A stretch of DNA of 63,207 nucleotides, the filler included, from Choristocarpus tenellus KU-1152 (lineage: Eukaryota; Protista; Phaeophyceae): assembly GCA_964200185.2 (NCBI GenBank). It is 8 parts of 8 records of this genome, joined end to end, with 100 filler letters (N's around TTAATTAATTAA, not from the genome) between each part and the next. Parts side by side here need not be neighbours in the genome. Positions count along the whole stretch, not along the records: positions 36,755 to 44,282 come from CAXNAD020006017.1; positions 44,383 to 48,030 come from CAXNAD020018746.1; positions 48,131 to 52,465 come from CAXNAD020015061.1; 5 more parts are not named here. One strand, 5' to 3'. Below the pieces are notes generated by a model. That model had not been told where the DNA came from, did no database searches, and saw nothing but the letters and a program-made list of their open reading frames with translations. Below are positions 37,650 to 51,500 of this stretch, one piece after another (positions within the stretch are counted from its first letter, which is position 1; each line of letters opens with the position of its first letter). The position numbers were made by a program, and so were the translations under genes.

Positions 37650-40201
37650 AGGCAAATAATGCAACAAACAAGACAACAACAGAGTATGTATTGCGTATAG
37701 AAAAGACCTCACACACACCGATGAGGTTTCCAGTAGTAGTGGACCTGAGAAGAAGAAAACAAAGCAAGAAGGATGCCACTAAAATAAGATAAATGTAGCT
37801 GAAACTACTAAACTTGTACTTTGAAGGTGGTCTACGAATTAGGAAAGAGTCCTTCAAATTTGTCAAGTCCCATCATACTATATTTCGAAGGAATTCAAAC
37901 ACTATTTTATAGATAAGCATTGCGCTACCAAATGCATGAAAAAAAAAATCAGTCCATGGACTATCTGTCCATTTAGCAATGGGGAGGGAGCAACTGTTTC
38001 AACAACGACACTTTAGTTATTGTGCAGAGAGGTTATTACGAAGTCACTAGACCGTAGTTTACATATTTCATACGTGTTGTGTAGCCCAATACGTAAACAT
38101 TGTCCAACAATTCAAAATTCTATTAGAAATATATTCATTCGCACTTGTGAGCTGCTCTCTTTTCTACTTTATTTCTCAACTTTAGAAATATCTGTTCCAT
38201 ACATCAATACTTCCTGTACCCACCTTAACCCGTGATGAAGCATGATTAGTGTGTAGGTAAAACTGCTTTTTCAGTTGAGCGGTATCTGGGAATTGCACGC
38301 ATATCTGGGAAAATAACCAAGTTGTGAACGCCATTGAAGTAAGCAATACTTCGTAAACCAGAGTCCTTGGGGGAAGCATAATCATCACGACGAAGTGAAA
38401 CACCATCAACAGTGACAAAGAGAAAAACAAAAGGTGATTACGATCACCACCCTTGTAGCACAGAGGTAGGGGTAATAGCAAGAAACAGCACATGTAATAC
38501 GTGAAATTGAACCCAGATGGAGGAGTTTATGATAATCGTTCGAGCTGGAGGAGGAAGCGTAAGGATTAGGGAGGACTACAAGTAAACAATTGGCCTGCAA
38601 GTAAGTGGTGGTGCTTTGCATAGATCACAAACTAGTTAAACAAGATAGGCACATACCTAGGTGTGCTAGTACCATTGGTCAAAGCAGGTGGGAACTTGAG
38701 AAAACATCTTTCGCCATAGGTTCATTCGTTTTGTATGACACAGGACGCTATGGCTAGCTTGATGCAGTTCAGTGGTGACATTTGTACTTATAGTGTGGTC
38801 CTCTTGGGTCAGTCCTGCAACTTCGAGAACTCACCAATAGACGAACTGGGATGAAAAGATAAATTCACAGATGTATCGAGGGCAAACAGATCAGCCTGAA
38901 CCCAACTCAGAACCTTCAATTGAACATGTGCAAGGGATCAACTCAAGACCTATCCCCCTAGCTGCCCCCCATCCCTCACAGACCCCAGCTTGAACAAAAA
39001 CAAACCTGATGGAATTGTACTACTACAAGTTTGCCAGGCTCACCTACCCGCTGGGATGGACAAAAACACAATCGATAAAATGCGCATTGCGTAGAGCCCA
39101 ACCCATGTTCCCACCCCATTCTTGCCTGCCACCCTCCTCAATTCAAGCCCTGACCAGCAATCCTCTTGCGCGTAAAAGAAGTGATGCAGAATCTATGAAC
39201 CAGGAGTTGTCTTTTTGTGAGTAAAACGAAAGACTTAGCACCTGTAAACTGGAACGTTTTGTGGAGATGTGGAGGCAAATTTTTACACTCTAGACAATAT
39301 AAATGCTTTCATAACTCAATGATAGCACTTTGTGTCATCATTAACACTTTCCTAAATACTATCATAGACATGTTCTTGAACCTTAGTGCCACGGGTCCTA
39401 ACTTAATCTATGTATCTTTTGTTACTTTCAAATTTATTTTTGTTAGAGTGTTGTTGATAGTAGCACATGTTTTCTATCCCTATATTAAGTGCTGTGGTAT
39501 ATAACGTTGATGTACCACTCCTATAGTAGAGTGGGTAGTAGCAGCCTTAGTGTAGAGGGCCGTGCTTAATGTTTTATATAATAGATACATCGAGGGAATA
39601 TACCTGTACTGTAGAACAAGAGACCGTATAGCTGTATGGCATGCCTGCACATAGCAGAGTGGCAGAGGAGGCCTAACACATATGATACCAAATGCAATCA
39701 AATGCGCAAGCAATTATTAACTACTGCCACGGCACTACATTCATACAATCTACAACCAAATACTGCAACTTGTAGTGGCAACAATATTCGACATTTGCTT
39801 CATCTCTTACTCACTAAATTAAGGATATCGAAGGGGTGCAAGACAGGTTCACAGGTCAAGGTGCTCCACAAATACAAATTAATACAGCGTGGAAACAAGA
39901 GAGGAACACAACTGCCTCACCAATGCTTGCTAAACAAGGATAAGGGGGAGGAGTGCAAGACATCTAGGTATCCTCCTTACATTGTGGCTTCTCGACCGAA
40001 AATCGTCCATTTGCGAACGCCATAGTAGGTGGCAGGTATTCTTCCCGATCCCAAAACCGAAAATGCTTTAGGCTGAGTGAGCGACGGGTGTCGATTATTC
40101 AATTAACTATAAGATAGCATGCTACGTCTGGGTTTTAGTGACCAACATACAGCAGCACCAGCACCAGCACCAGCACTACTAGTAGTAGTAGTTGTTGTTG
40201 T

Positions 40202-40232
<31 letters not shown>

Positions 40233-42492
40233 TAATTAGGGAAAATATTACACTCGCTGCCTGCACCTTGGGTGTGGTATCATTACCATTCCCTCGTTTG
40301 GACACAATAAGGGGAAGAATAGGAGGACAAATTTTTTGTTATAGCATAGAGAATATCCGCTATCAGCGCCTTCATTACGTCCTTCACCTTTCATTGTTTA
40401 ATTGTTTTGTGAGCCGAAAGTCCCCCAAACGGCATGTGACTGCTCCAGCCACAAGTGGAGGGGAATGGCGAACAAACACTTCAGAGATTGTAGTATAACG
40501 GGGAAAGGTGATACCACTACCCTCGGGTTTCTGTTTCATGACCCATTGCATAGTTCCAGAGCAATTTATTGTGTCAAGTGCAGGACAGATAACACAGAAG
40601 TTGAAGGTAGGCACGAACGGTGATAAGTCGTTCTTGTGCTTGACCTTACACGAATGTCTACCATGTGCTGCTCATATTTCAACGTCCTCAGCAGCCTAAA
40701 TTGGAGGGATAAGCTGATCGAGTCCTTTAGCCTGTATGTAGGCTGATGATTAGAGTTGATGACGGCACCTCACAACAGATGGGTAGATACCTGGTAACCA
40801 ACGGAAACGAGTGGTTGACAGGCAGTAGTATAGTTATGATAAACATTAAAGTTATTTCAAGATTGGAGCTTGACTTGAGCTATATTTTAACTACAGGGAT
40901 TCAAATGTCTGTAATTGTAATGTGAAATGTCAGGAATTTCAAGTACCGTACGGGTCACCTTGTCATCTGTAATACGTGTCAATATAATTCTCCATTTTTT
41001 TCTCCAGATATTTGTAGATTATGTACTGTAACTATGTCTTTGTACTCGGTACGAAGGGGAAATAGTTCGGCTGCACGGTTCATAGTTGAAGGTGTTTATT
41101 GACTATTGAGCAGGGGAACAGGTGGTGTCCGTATCGGATGGACCGGTTGCTACACTTAATTTTCATTTGCCCTTCTCTCATAGGGTGTGGTGGTGTTAAG
41201 GACGTTAACGATGTACTGTCTCCAAGATTTGGTCACTAGAAATGAAGAAAGCAGGCAGTACAATCCAGCGGGTGATGGTGTCTGAGGTATCTCCGTGTTG
41301 TGAGTCACTCAAGTCGCTTCCCTGGGTTGTTGACAAAGGCGCTTGTAGTTCCGAGGGCCTCTTCCACTGGGTGGCAGGGTGGAGAATGGACTGTTGCAGA
41401 TCCTATAGGAGGGTGGCCATATGGAGTCCTCCTACCCTCCAATTTGTTCAAATGGGTTTCCAAATATATATTTGGTACAGATGATGCTAACAATAGCGTT
41501 CAATAGTCATCTCTTATATTGCAATGTCACCCACAGAGCAAATTATGTGGGGATTATTTGACGTAGGAGCTTTGTGGACTTACCGTATAAAACAGTATCT
41601 AAATGGTACATAAAAAAATAGGGAAAAATACTATTATTGATAAAATTAAACCTTTCACTCTGAACGACAGATCTACCCCACTCCAGATCCTTCTGTATCG
41701 ACCTATGATCAGACCGTTTGTCACTCTGGAACTTGAGGGTGAACTTTGTACTGTCCCGTCCGTGCATTTTTGTTTGTTGTTAATGGAATATAATATTCTA
41801 CTGAATACATTACGGTTGTATTGATTTATTCGTAGGGAATTATTGGTGTTACACACTATCAATTAAACGCATAATCGGACGTATTAGGTCAATCAATTCC
41901 TATCAATGTGACGTCAATACGGGACAATCACGACCAAAATGGTATTACGCTTGTCTGATCAATTTCCAAGACCGGAATCCTATCGTGAAGGTCGTCTTCA
42001 TGGTCTTTGTTTTTTCCCCCAAACCTAAAACTTCACAAGGTCACACCTGCACTCTTTTCGAAATGATCGTGTCGCACACACAATTTAATACCACTGTTAA
42101 TAAAGCATTTGTTCCTTGGAGCGAAGAAGGGCACAAACATCCAGTCTGGGTGGGTATTACTACGATATAAAGCAAGTGGTTTCTGCAGCATGTTGTGTGT
42201 TGGTGTAGAGATTTTAGCTGTTGCATGTTGATGTTGATTCGCACTTGATTGGAATATAACCAAGATTTGGGTGTTGATGTGTGGATATTTATCGTAAAGC
42301 ATGACAATGGACTCTATCATCCCCTAGCTAGCATCCAAGTCAGTCTGTTATTATCTTCTAGATGTAGAAATCAAGCATATACAGAGTATCAAGACTGAAG
42401 TACTGTATAAGTAAGAACAATCACTGGAGGATCGGTTAGTTATTTTCTTGTACAGAAGTACCTGTTTGTGGGTAGTGCTGCTGATGCACTAT

Positions 42493-42679
42493 GACTCAAA
42501 GTATTTGTGGGGGTGGTGGCGACTGTCCATTTGAGGTCTTTTTTTGAGGTTTTTTTCATGTGGCGATTTTTGGGCAATTTGGTTAGATACGTCGGATGGA
42601 AAATGTAAATGCACTTTTCTTGATTTTGGGCAAATGGACACCCTGGTGTAGCCCCCCCTCCCCATAGATACTTCGAGTC
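42493..42679. mobile_element. MITE family A, full copy (187 bp)
   Basis: GACTCAAAGTATTT...AGATACTTCGAGTC; TAT on both flanks. Confidence 0.9.
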
Positions 42680-44193
42680 TATAGGCACCACCAGTGGATT
42701 AGATAGTGGGATGGAGAGCCAGCGATAGATGTACCATATATGTATTGACTGACTAGTGTCCATTGATTAGTGTCATGTTCAAGATACACTTGCTATACTT
42801 GGTGACAAGCAAATAAGTGATTCATAGTAAATTAGCGTGGACGATTGCAGACCCTACACTTTAGGAATAGTAATGGTAGTCTACACCTGTCTCACCCCAC
42901 AAGTTCAGTCAGTGGAATCGAGATCATAAGCCTCTTGTAGCATTAATATTGTATATCTGCATCAAGCCATTTATTGTCCTCTGTCAAGGCACGCGACCGC
43001 AGGTGCAGTGTGGAATATGTCAACAGTACCCAGTATATTATGTAGCATAGCTAGAATAACTACTTCTAACAGCAGTAAGAAATGATATGTATATCTTCAA
43101 GTTACAAGGGGGATCGTTGTACCACATTATCAGCTACACCACTACTGCAACCCCCCTCCTAAAAAGTAGAAAACTGGACTTCATCTTGATTTGAGGCCGC
43201 CGACTTACATTCGGTTGATTTCGGATTGGTTTGTCTCACAGCTTCAAATCAGTTGAGTCGAACGAACTTGTTCACAGTAAAACTCTACCGAGATGTGCAT
43301 GTGTGTTCCGTTTTATGACTCTTGTCTGGGGTGTAGAGTATGCTTGTTCAAGAGACGAAAAAAAATGTACGCATCGTGCATATAGGAAGGGTTGATTTGT
43401 TACTGTTCCTGATTTGGGTATCCACACCCATACATATTTAGGGTAAAAGCCGCTTGTCAGTTATCATTTTCCTATCCGAATTTTCACTCTCCTTGGTACG
43501 ACAGCTAACAATTTCTTATTGAAGTATGGTTTACCTATTATAGGATATCCTTTGAAGCATAGTGCCCTCAAAATACCCTGCACTAGGCCATCCAATCTTG
43601 GTCGAGATCTATTCAGGACATTTTCGTGTATTTTATCTGCCTGGTACCCCATTCCCATAATACCTGAGAGTACTTAAGAGGACACAATTAAATACGTTAG
43701 GTCCATGTGGTAGACATGCTATGCTTACCTTTTCTGTCTGTCCTGCAGTTTCGAAATATTAAGTCGAAGGAAACGACTATCGTATCCCACCAAACTGGGA
43801 AGTAACAATATACTCTGGAGAACATAAAATACACGATAGAGTAGGACCTTATTTGCGATGGGACACATCCACCGTCAATCCCATCCATATCGAAGCATAA
43901 TTGTCCCATCAGTAACAGTACGTAAATATACTTCGATTATGACAATATAAACCTCCAAGCATGTATGAGTGTGAAGAGTATGAGTCCAGGTTTTTGGAAA
44001 AGCTTGCCGTATTTCCGCTCATTGTCAGACTTTCAGGAAGGATACTATTGCGCATCGAAGGTTCTTGGCAACAAACTAACATACATGAATGGGTCAATCC
44101 AACGTTGCATCCATCAATTCTTTTCGACGAGTATTCACGAGTATGGAGTCCAAGCATGTGGATGTGTTTCTCCGTGATTCTATCCTATTGTTT

Positions 44194-44282
44194 GACCCAA
44201 AGTATCTGGGGGGGGGGGGGGGGGGAGGTGTTATCCCCGAGTTGTTTGTTTGGGGAGGGGTGGGGGGTTGTTGTACTGTTTT
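44194..44282. mobile_element. MITE family A terminus at contig end
   Basis: GACCCAAAGTATCTGGGGG followed by a G-run. Confidence 0.75.
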
Positions 44283-44382
44283 NNNNNNNNNNNNNNNNNN
44301 NNNNNNNNNNNNNNNNNNNNNNNNNNTTAATTAATTAANNNNNNNNNNNNNNNNNNNNNNNNNNNNNNNNNNNNNNNNNNNN

Positions 44383-44433
44383 CCCAAATGGACAAACAGG
44401 ACAAAACTCGTACCCTCTAAGATACTTTCACTC
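44383..44433. mobile_element. MITE family B terminus at contig start
   Basis: CCCAAATGGACAAACAGGACAAAACTCGTACCCTCTAAGATACTTTCACTC. Confidence 0.88.
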
Positions 44434-45416
44434 AATTCTTGATGAAGGAGCACAGCAATGAGTTACAAATATTATGACTATCTTACCTTCTCCACCTCTC
44501 TTTGCTCTGTTGCAAGTACCATGAAATAGTTCACTGCTGCCAAGTACTACGTATGACACAGTCCTAGAAGTATAACATACTGAGTGTTTCGGCAATCTCC
44601 AAGTTTATTCTGGTCATCTTCATAATCGCCTGCTGTTTCTTTGGAGGAGTCTGTAACTTTTTATCGTCTATCTATCCATCTTAAGTTCCCTTTTATCAGG
44701 TCAACTGTAGAGCTTGGGCTCCTCAACTGTTGTGAATATACCAAGGCTGATGCATAAGCCATAGAATATCATTGGCGATAGCACAAATGTTGTACTGCTA
44801 TATGACTTGGTTGGGGATGGAAGAACCTAAAGACGATCTCATTGGCCATGCTGATACTGATTATGCTGGCCGTACTGAGTGAAGTTTGTCGATTTCGGGA
44901 GGTGTGTTATGTATTGGGGAAAATGGGTTAACTTGGTCATCATTGAGATAGAAACCGTTTCACTGCCAAGTGCTGAGACTGGTCATCACAATATCAACAT
45001 AATCGATTTGGGGCTTAACAAGAACTATGCCTGATTTTAGGACTAAGCACAGAGATTTGTCCATCGCCATTTGGTAATCCAACTGGAATTGCCTTGGTGC
45101 ACTTGCCAAATAAGCACCAGCATACCGACCTTTTTCAAAGGACCTCACAAATGGCAGGTCAGTGGCATTGTTTCTCTCTCCTGTCAGCTGGTGTATATAG
45201 TGGTAAACGATCTCTAGTACTTGATCCCCTCACCATCTGCATCAATTTAGGCAATCTTGATGAGTGCACCATTCCCAAATATTTACCCTGAATAATCAAA
45301 CAAACTGTTCCCATAAACCTTACCATCTGTTTTCTCCTACGAACATGCTCTCCACACACATAAGCATAAGCATCACAATGATGCCACATGGTCGGAGTGA
45401 ACAAGAATAGACTTGG

Positions 45417-45458
45417 CCCCAAACGGACAGCCACCACCTCCCCCAGATACTTTGAGCC
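45417..45458. mobile_element. Solo short-spacer end of MITE family A
   Basis: CCCCAAACGGACAGCCACCACCTCCCCCAGATACTTTGAGCC with no partner end nearby. Confidence 0.75.
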
Positions 45459-46908
45459 TTAGGTCTGATATAAATGAGTTCTTGTCTTTTCCTGTCTCTG
45501 TGCTGCAGTCCAAGTATAACATACCTTATGAAGCGACTTTCATACATGGAGATCCGCAAGAAGGTGTTTGTACAGATTACCCAGAGTAGTCCACCTACTT
45601 CTTCTGGGGAAATCCGGGGACCACTTGCCTTGCCTGATTCCTTCCCATCTCCCTCAATCTTAGCCAACCATCCTCTCCAAGACGGTCTTGGCCCCAGGTT
45701 CCATTTGTCAACCACTTGGTCCTAGTGGCACCTGAACCTAGATCCCCTATAATCCATACCACCACCTTCATTTCTCCTTCCCTCATCAGACGATCCTCTA
45801 GATCTATAGCCTCCCACCCTGTCAGAGATAGGGGCAAAAGAGTGCACTTGTCTTCCCACATACAACCCAGAGCATACCCAGTCGTATCTCATCTGTTCGG
45901 CTGTTGGTTCGAAACAATTTAGCAGGTGCATGGATGACCACTGCTGTTTCATCCTTTGGATGTGATGCCGGTCCAACTTCTTTAAGAAAACCGTATTCAT
46001 CATTTCATTTCAGCCTTCCGTCTTGGAATCAGATCCAAAATACCGTCAACCTTCAGCTCTGTACATCGTGCCTGGACCAAAATATGTTTCGTTTGTGTTA
46101 CCCGTATCCCCAGAGAATGGATCAACCTCACACCTTTATTAAAGTCTACAGCTCCCTCTTCTTGCTCCAATTTACTTTCCCCAACAATGTGCCAAGTAAC
46201 ACTGGGTGGTAGAGACTGTTTCTAAGGTAGCAGTCCTCATGACAATCTCACCCAACAACAGCTCCTTGGGGTCCACACCTCAACCATGAATCAAACCCCT
46301 CCTATACTCTCTTCTATTTTCCCTCAGCTGAGCAGAAGCACTCAGGTCATATTCGATTGAGTTTAAACAGTACCTGGACTTCCAGTTTTTTATCTCAACA
46401 TCAAGCAAAATCAACCCTTTACACCTAGTAAATACATATATACAAATCGTAAATAAATGACATTTATGTTAGACTGCATCCTGTTAATCACGATGAACCG
46501 ATAGCAGAATACTTTTGATTCTATAGTCTGATAGTTGGCCTTTCGCACGCACAACACTCCGAAAGGTTATGTGTCGTATTGTGCATACTATGAAAACAAA
46601 AAAGATTAATTGCGATTATATGGCTTGGGCTGAGCTGATTACAAGTGCAAATTACAATTCTTCTAGTTCACAGATCCAACATAAATGTGCTGAGCACTCA
46701 GTGCAGTCTCCAAGACAGCAATCCTCGACAACGAGGTGGAGCCTCAAGGCCAATCTCCAAACATAGTGGCAAGGTGCTGGGTAACTTCCTTCAAGAAAAG
46801 AGACTTCGTAAAGTCCTAACCATAGAAGAGAGCTTGCAGTCATGCTGCCATGCACAGAGTGTGAGCACATACATTGTAGCTTCGTATCCTCAATTCTGAA
46901 CTGTTGGT

Positions 46909-47166
46909 GAACGAAAGTATCTAAGAGGGTACAAGTTTTGCACTGTTTATTCATTTGGGGCTTGGCTTCTCACGGGTATTTTATGATATTTTCATACTCC
47001 GAAATGTTTTGGAGTAGGAAAAATGTGTACGTTATGAAAAAGTGTGTCCACAACAAGCATATTGACACTTCCTAACAAATACGATAGCCAAAATTACATT
47101 GAAACCACAACATTGGATTTTGGCCCCCAAACAGACGAAGCTCTACCCTCCAAGATACTTTCACTC
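46909..47166. mobile_element. MITE family B, full copy (258 bp)
   Basis: GAACGAAAGTATCTAAGAGGGTA...TACCCTCCAAGATACTTTCACTC; TGGT on both flanks. Confidence 0.88.
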
Positions 47167-47961
47167 TGGTGTTTTTATCAATCTTCTTAACCACTCCCAT
47201 GATACCCAGTATTAGCACATTCATCACCATGCTAATGACCTCAGTCTTCTTTAAGCTAGTTGAAGATGTAGTCCTGACATCTTCTCTTGAAAACCCTGAT
47301 GTCATCCTCTATTATAAATGCTTCTCTCCAGTCCCCATAGCAGCATAGGCCAGGAAATTCTTTTCTCATCTATAACACTTGATCATCAGCTACATACAAC
47401 ACAAATTTGGTCATTGTTGGTAGCCTTATCAGTTGCTGTTTGTCTGTACCCCCTCTTCAATCCTTCCATCCTCGGCGACTCTTCCGAATCCTCAATGCTT
47501 CACATATTCAACCAGAGTTTTTCCAATAACCAGTACGATAGAGGTAGCCTAAGATCTTCAGCACTCTTGAACTAATGGATATCCCATTTTGATTAAACCA
47601 ACGGACCCCGGGAATAAGGAATCAAGGTTATTTATTTGCTGTGTTTGCCAATACAGGACAGAGAGAGAGGGAGAGACAGAAGCTCCACTAGCAGATCGAC
47701 ACTCAGCCTAACAAATATTGCATCATCAATCCATGATGACACACTATCAACCCAATAATCAACAAAAAGATCATTCCACGGCATTCCTGACTTACATCCT
47801 GCTTGCACCTCTCACTTATCATAATTACTCCCAAAACTGCTATCCCATTGTGCATTACATTATGTCTTCCACATATCATCCTATGTTCTTCCAAGTGCAA
47901 TCCCATTTTCGCATTTCTAGTGCATCTAGTTCTCGCAGTGCTAATTCCAGCCGCAGAATTA

Positions 47962-48030
47962 GGCTCAAAGTATCTGGGAGGGGGTGGCGGCTGTCCATTT
48001 GGGGTCAATTTTTTTATCTCACGATTTTTG
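47962..48030. mobile_element. MITE family A, truncated at contig end (another terminus at 48131-48170 on the next contig)
   Basis: GGCTCAAAGTATCTGGGAGGGGGTGGCGGCTGTCCATTTGGGG. Confidence 0.88.
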
Positions 48031-48293
48031 NNNNNNNNNNNNNNNNNNNNNNNNNNNNNNNNNNNNNNNNNNNNTTAATTAATTAANNNNNNNNNNNNNN
48101 NNNNNNNNNNNNNNNNNNNNNNNNNNNNNNCAAATGGACAGCCGCTATCCCCTCCCAGATGCTTTGAGCCTGCCCCTGTGCCTTGATGATAACATACCAC
48201 TCGCCCAGGAAACACGGATGATACCCATTTCTGGCGCTCAATGAGGAAATGCGATAGTAAAGGCCCTAACACTGCGAATCCTGTACCTGTGTT

Positions 48294-48560
48294 ATGAACG
48301 ACGGGAAGGACCGTCAAATGGTGCTCGAGATGGCAGCAGGATATGCAATGGTCAGGTCGGAAACTGTGAGTAAATGGGAGAGAGGCTTCCTAAGTAAGGG
48401 TCACATCAAGGTGTCGGAGCAAGGGAGCTACGAGAGGCGTTTTGTTCTGGGTGTTGATGACAACATCTTTGTTGAGGTCAAGGAGTGGATGTGCGAACAC
48501 ACAGGAAGAAATGGTGGGGAGGCTTTTTTCCCGCCTAAACCCTATACTTTAATCAAGTAA
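48294..48560 (+). pseudogene. Possible transposase N-terminal (HTH-region) fragment
   Basis: TVSKWERGFLSKGHIKVSEQGSYERRFVLGVDDNIFVEVKEWM loosely resembles the TIRxWxxxF...SxxGxH...LLDDED...xW segment of IS630/Tc1-like transposases; no catalytic domain seen. Confidence 0.3.
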
Positions 48561-50478
48561 TAGGGCATCTATTGCTACTCCTGCTGACCTACAATCCAGG
48601 GTGCGAGAACCCCAATATGAGGGCTCTTTAAGAAAAGAAAAAAAATGGCGAAAAAACAAACGAAGCCTATACTCTGGAGGCTCTTGTGACGGGCATCACA
48701 AATATGTTTTTTTTTGTTTAATCCGATGTCTACATAAGAAGTTATGATGGGACAACCCAAGAGGGCGAACTAGTGGTACCACTATAGGTGTACATTTTGT
48801 AGGTATAAAGGGTGTACTGGTGTTTTTACCACGTAAGAGTAGAGAATACATCCTCACTTGTAGTTTGTGACCTGCCCATATCTAGTTTTGTTTTGATTTT
48901 TGTTTACAAAAACGCCTCAACAAATGAAAAAACCTATGATGTATCAAGAGAATAAGAGGAGGGGTTTGTACATCTTGCGAGGTGTTTAAACGTTCTTCTC
49001 CATACGTTCCATGAACTTGCATACGTCATACGTGTTTGACTAACTGTATTAACATCTTATTTTGGTTGTATTTGTGTATCGTATCATTTGAACTTCCTCC
49101 AATTTTGGTTTGTCCCATAATGAAAACGTTCCTCCACAATTTCCCCCTCTGAAGCAGGATCCCTGTACTCGGATTGCTTCATTTCGAGAAAGGCCATGGT
49201 GAATACTCTAGGATGGTTCTGGTATGCTTTCTCCAGTACAGTCCCTCTGCCGGTGGTAGGACAGACGTTTGAAAAGGCAATGAGGAGTGGTGAGACTTCT
49301 TGTGACACATCTACTACATCTTCAACACAACACACCACGTCGTATGGAGTGTGTTTCTTCATGGGTCTACCTTGATTGCTATTTGCAGCTGCATAGCCAG
49401 GAAAAGAACGAATTTGAGCTTTCGTTTGAAGACTTAGCCCGAAATTCGTCATGGCTGATAGGAGTTTTGTGGCAACCGATTCCCTCACACGCATGTCAAT
49501 GACATTGAACGTGGCGAAAATCTTAGAGTCAGAGTTTTTAACTTCAGCACTATTGTCTCCACCGATAAATCCCCTGTTAAGATGGATTCTTCACCAAAAA
49601 AGCAATGTTATATCATGGTTAAATGTAACCATAATCGCTGGTGACTCTTACATGCTGAAGGTTCAATTCGCGTTGAAACGGAGTCTGACGTGTTGTGTGT
49701 TTCCTTCGTGCATGCTCTTCCTCGGAAGGAGTTAGTCTTCTATCTCAATAGTTGATATCTTGGGCACCGGTGCGACACATGAGTTCCGCATTTACTCTAC
49801 TATATGTTACTTATAAGAGGGTTTTTAGCGATGTCATGTTTGGATGCTCTTATGCAATTCTGTGATCCATGGGACAATGAGCTTCGATACCATGAACAAT
49901 GGCATAGCTAACCGTTGAGCACTTAGTGTTGCAAAGTCTCTAGAATGAAAGCTGGAATCTGTGTCCATATTTTTCCATGCATCATTTTAGTGTCTGCAGT
50001 TTGCGTGAACATGGGCCATTTGGTCGGTGTGGAATGTTACGAGTACTAGAATTTGCTCCCTGTTTGTAGAGACCTAGAGCGTCAGTAAGTGCTATCACAA
50101 GTTTAGGGCTTAGGCTTGTGTTTTTTAGATGCGCTCAATTTTTCTTTGTAGTTTGAGTTGGTGCTTGATCAGATGGGAACCATGTTGGTAGTGTAAGGTC
50201 TGATGCCAGAGACTTCTCGACAGTACCTTTTGCTGAATATACTAACTTCGAGGAAAGGTCACGATAGATGCAATATTTTAGGGGAGGGAATTGTGTTGCT
50301 TTTCCATGCAGAAAGATACAATTGGATAACTTTGGTAATCTCTGGAGCATGCTCCAACACTGTACAGGATTAGGGATTGGGTCGTGTCTTGGCATGACCT
50401 GCAATGGACACAGCCACCCTGACTCACACACTTTCCTCTTGTACTCTTGGTCCTCCTCTTCCCTTTCTCCTGCATAAG

Positions 50479-51157
50479 TGGCGTTCGTCCCCCCACCCAC
50501 TAGCAGCCTTCCTCCCCACATCTGGGGCTCTTCCTTCACCTCGCCCTCATTTCGCGGGTCTGAGGCAGGGGTCAGGGCATCAACAGGTTCAATGACAAAT
50601 GTGATGACAGTGGTCTTGGGAGCTACCAGCAGAAGAGAAGAGGGGCGTGCAAGGTGTAACGGTAGTAGTATGTACAGAAGGGGAGTCCGAAGCTTGACCT
50701 TTAAACCTCAACGAGGTTTCCAACTTATGGAGGCGGTGGTGGAGGGGACCGATACAGGCATTGGTGCACCTAGTGCGATATATGGTGGGGGCTCCAGTGA
50801 TGGCAATCCAAACACCAGTCCCAGACTGACGGGCAGTGAGTCGCCAGGGACATGGGTGGGACAGAGGAAGTCAGATGCACGTGATGTTGGTGTGGATAGT
50901 TCGCCTGGTTTATCTGTAATTGCAAAGGGCAATGTTAGCGGTTGGGACGACAATGCGACCTCTGTTGCTGCTAGTCTGGAATATGATGCTTATGGGGATG
51001 ATAGTGCAATCGCTGGTGTTGGTAGTGGGGATGAGGGCGTGAATGGTCTGTTGGAAGTGGGAGGTGATCGTGAGGAGCCGGTGCCGTCACAGAAGGGTTC
51101 TGCTGATTTTGGGGTGCATGGCTGGTACTCCCCGCAGGCAGCAGGGGTTCAAAACAG
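50479..51157 (+). CDS. Large internal exon of an unidentified, probably plastid-targeted protein
   Basis: Long pyrimidine tract ending AAG at 50478, 679-nt open exon starting xAFVPPPTSS (ASAFAP-like) with an S/T/R-rich segment, and a GTGAG donor at 51158; flanking exons not found. Confidence 0.55.
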
Positions 51158-51440
51158 GTGAGCTCATTTTCGTGTTTGGATCGTGGTGCTGTTGAGAATG
51201 GAGGGATGGAAATAGTGTACAATAGTAGGGTTGTTGGAGTAACTACATGTATTATATATATATACATGCCTGGCAAAACATCTCGCACTCTACATATATA
51301 TACATATATAAATTCTGTGTTGGTTATTGTGCTCAGCCAGTTCTACCTCAAGTGCACCCTAGCTCGATTTTCTTGTGTGAATTTTGATGCGCATTTATTT
51401 CAAGACTGAACTAAGCAGAGATCTTGAGAGGAGAGGTTCG

Positions 51441-51443
51441 TGT

Positions 51444-51496
<53 letters not shown>
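51441..51496. repeat. (GT)n microsatellite; others are (CT)n 9779-9800 and 32466-32503, compound triplets 40150-40232, (AAT)n 60930-60955
   Basis: Direct reading of the sequence. Confidence 0.95.

Positions 51497-51500
<4 letters not shown>

Noticed and set aside
38900-39200. Restriction-like endonuclease motif (KPDGIVL) of a non-LTR retrotransposon
   Set aside because: Single short motif with no CCHC finger or reverse transcriptase nearby
44430-45150. Protein kinase remnant (HLAVKRF) on the minus strand
   Set aside because: No HRD, DFG or glycine-loop motifs, and many stops
50404-50480. Frameshifted signal peptide upstream of AFVPP
   Set aside because: Better explained as an intron pyrimidine tract with an AG acceptor at 50477-50478
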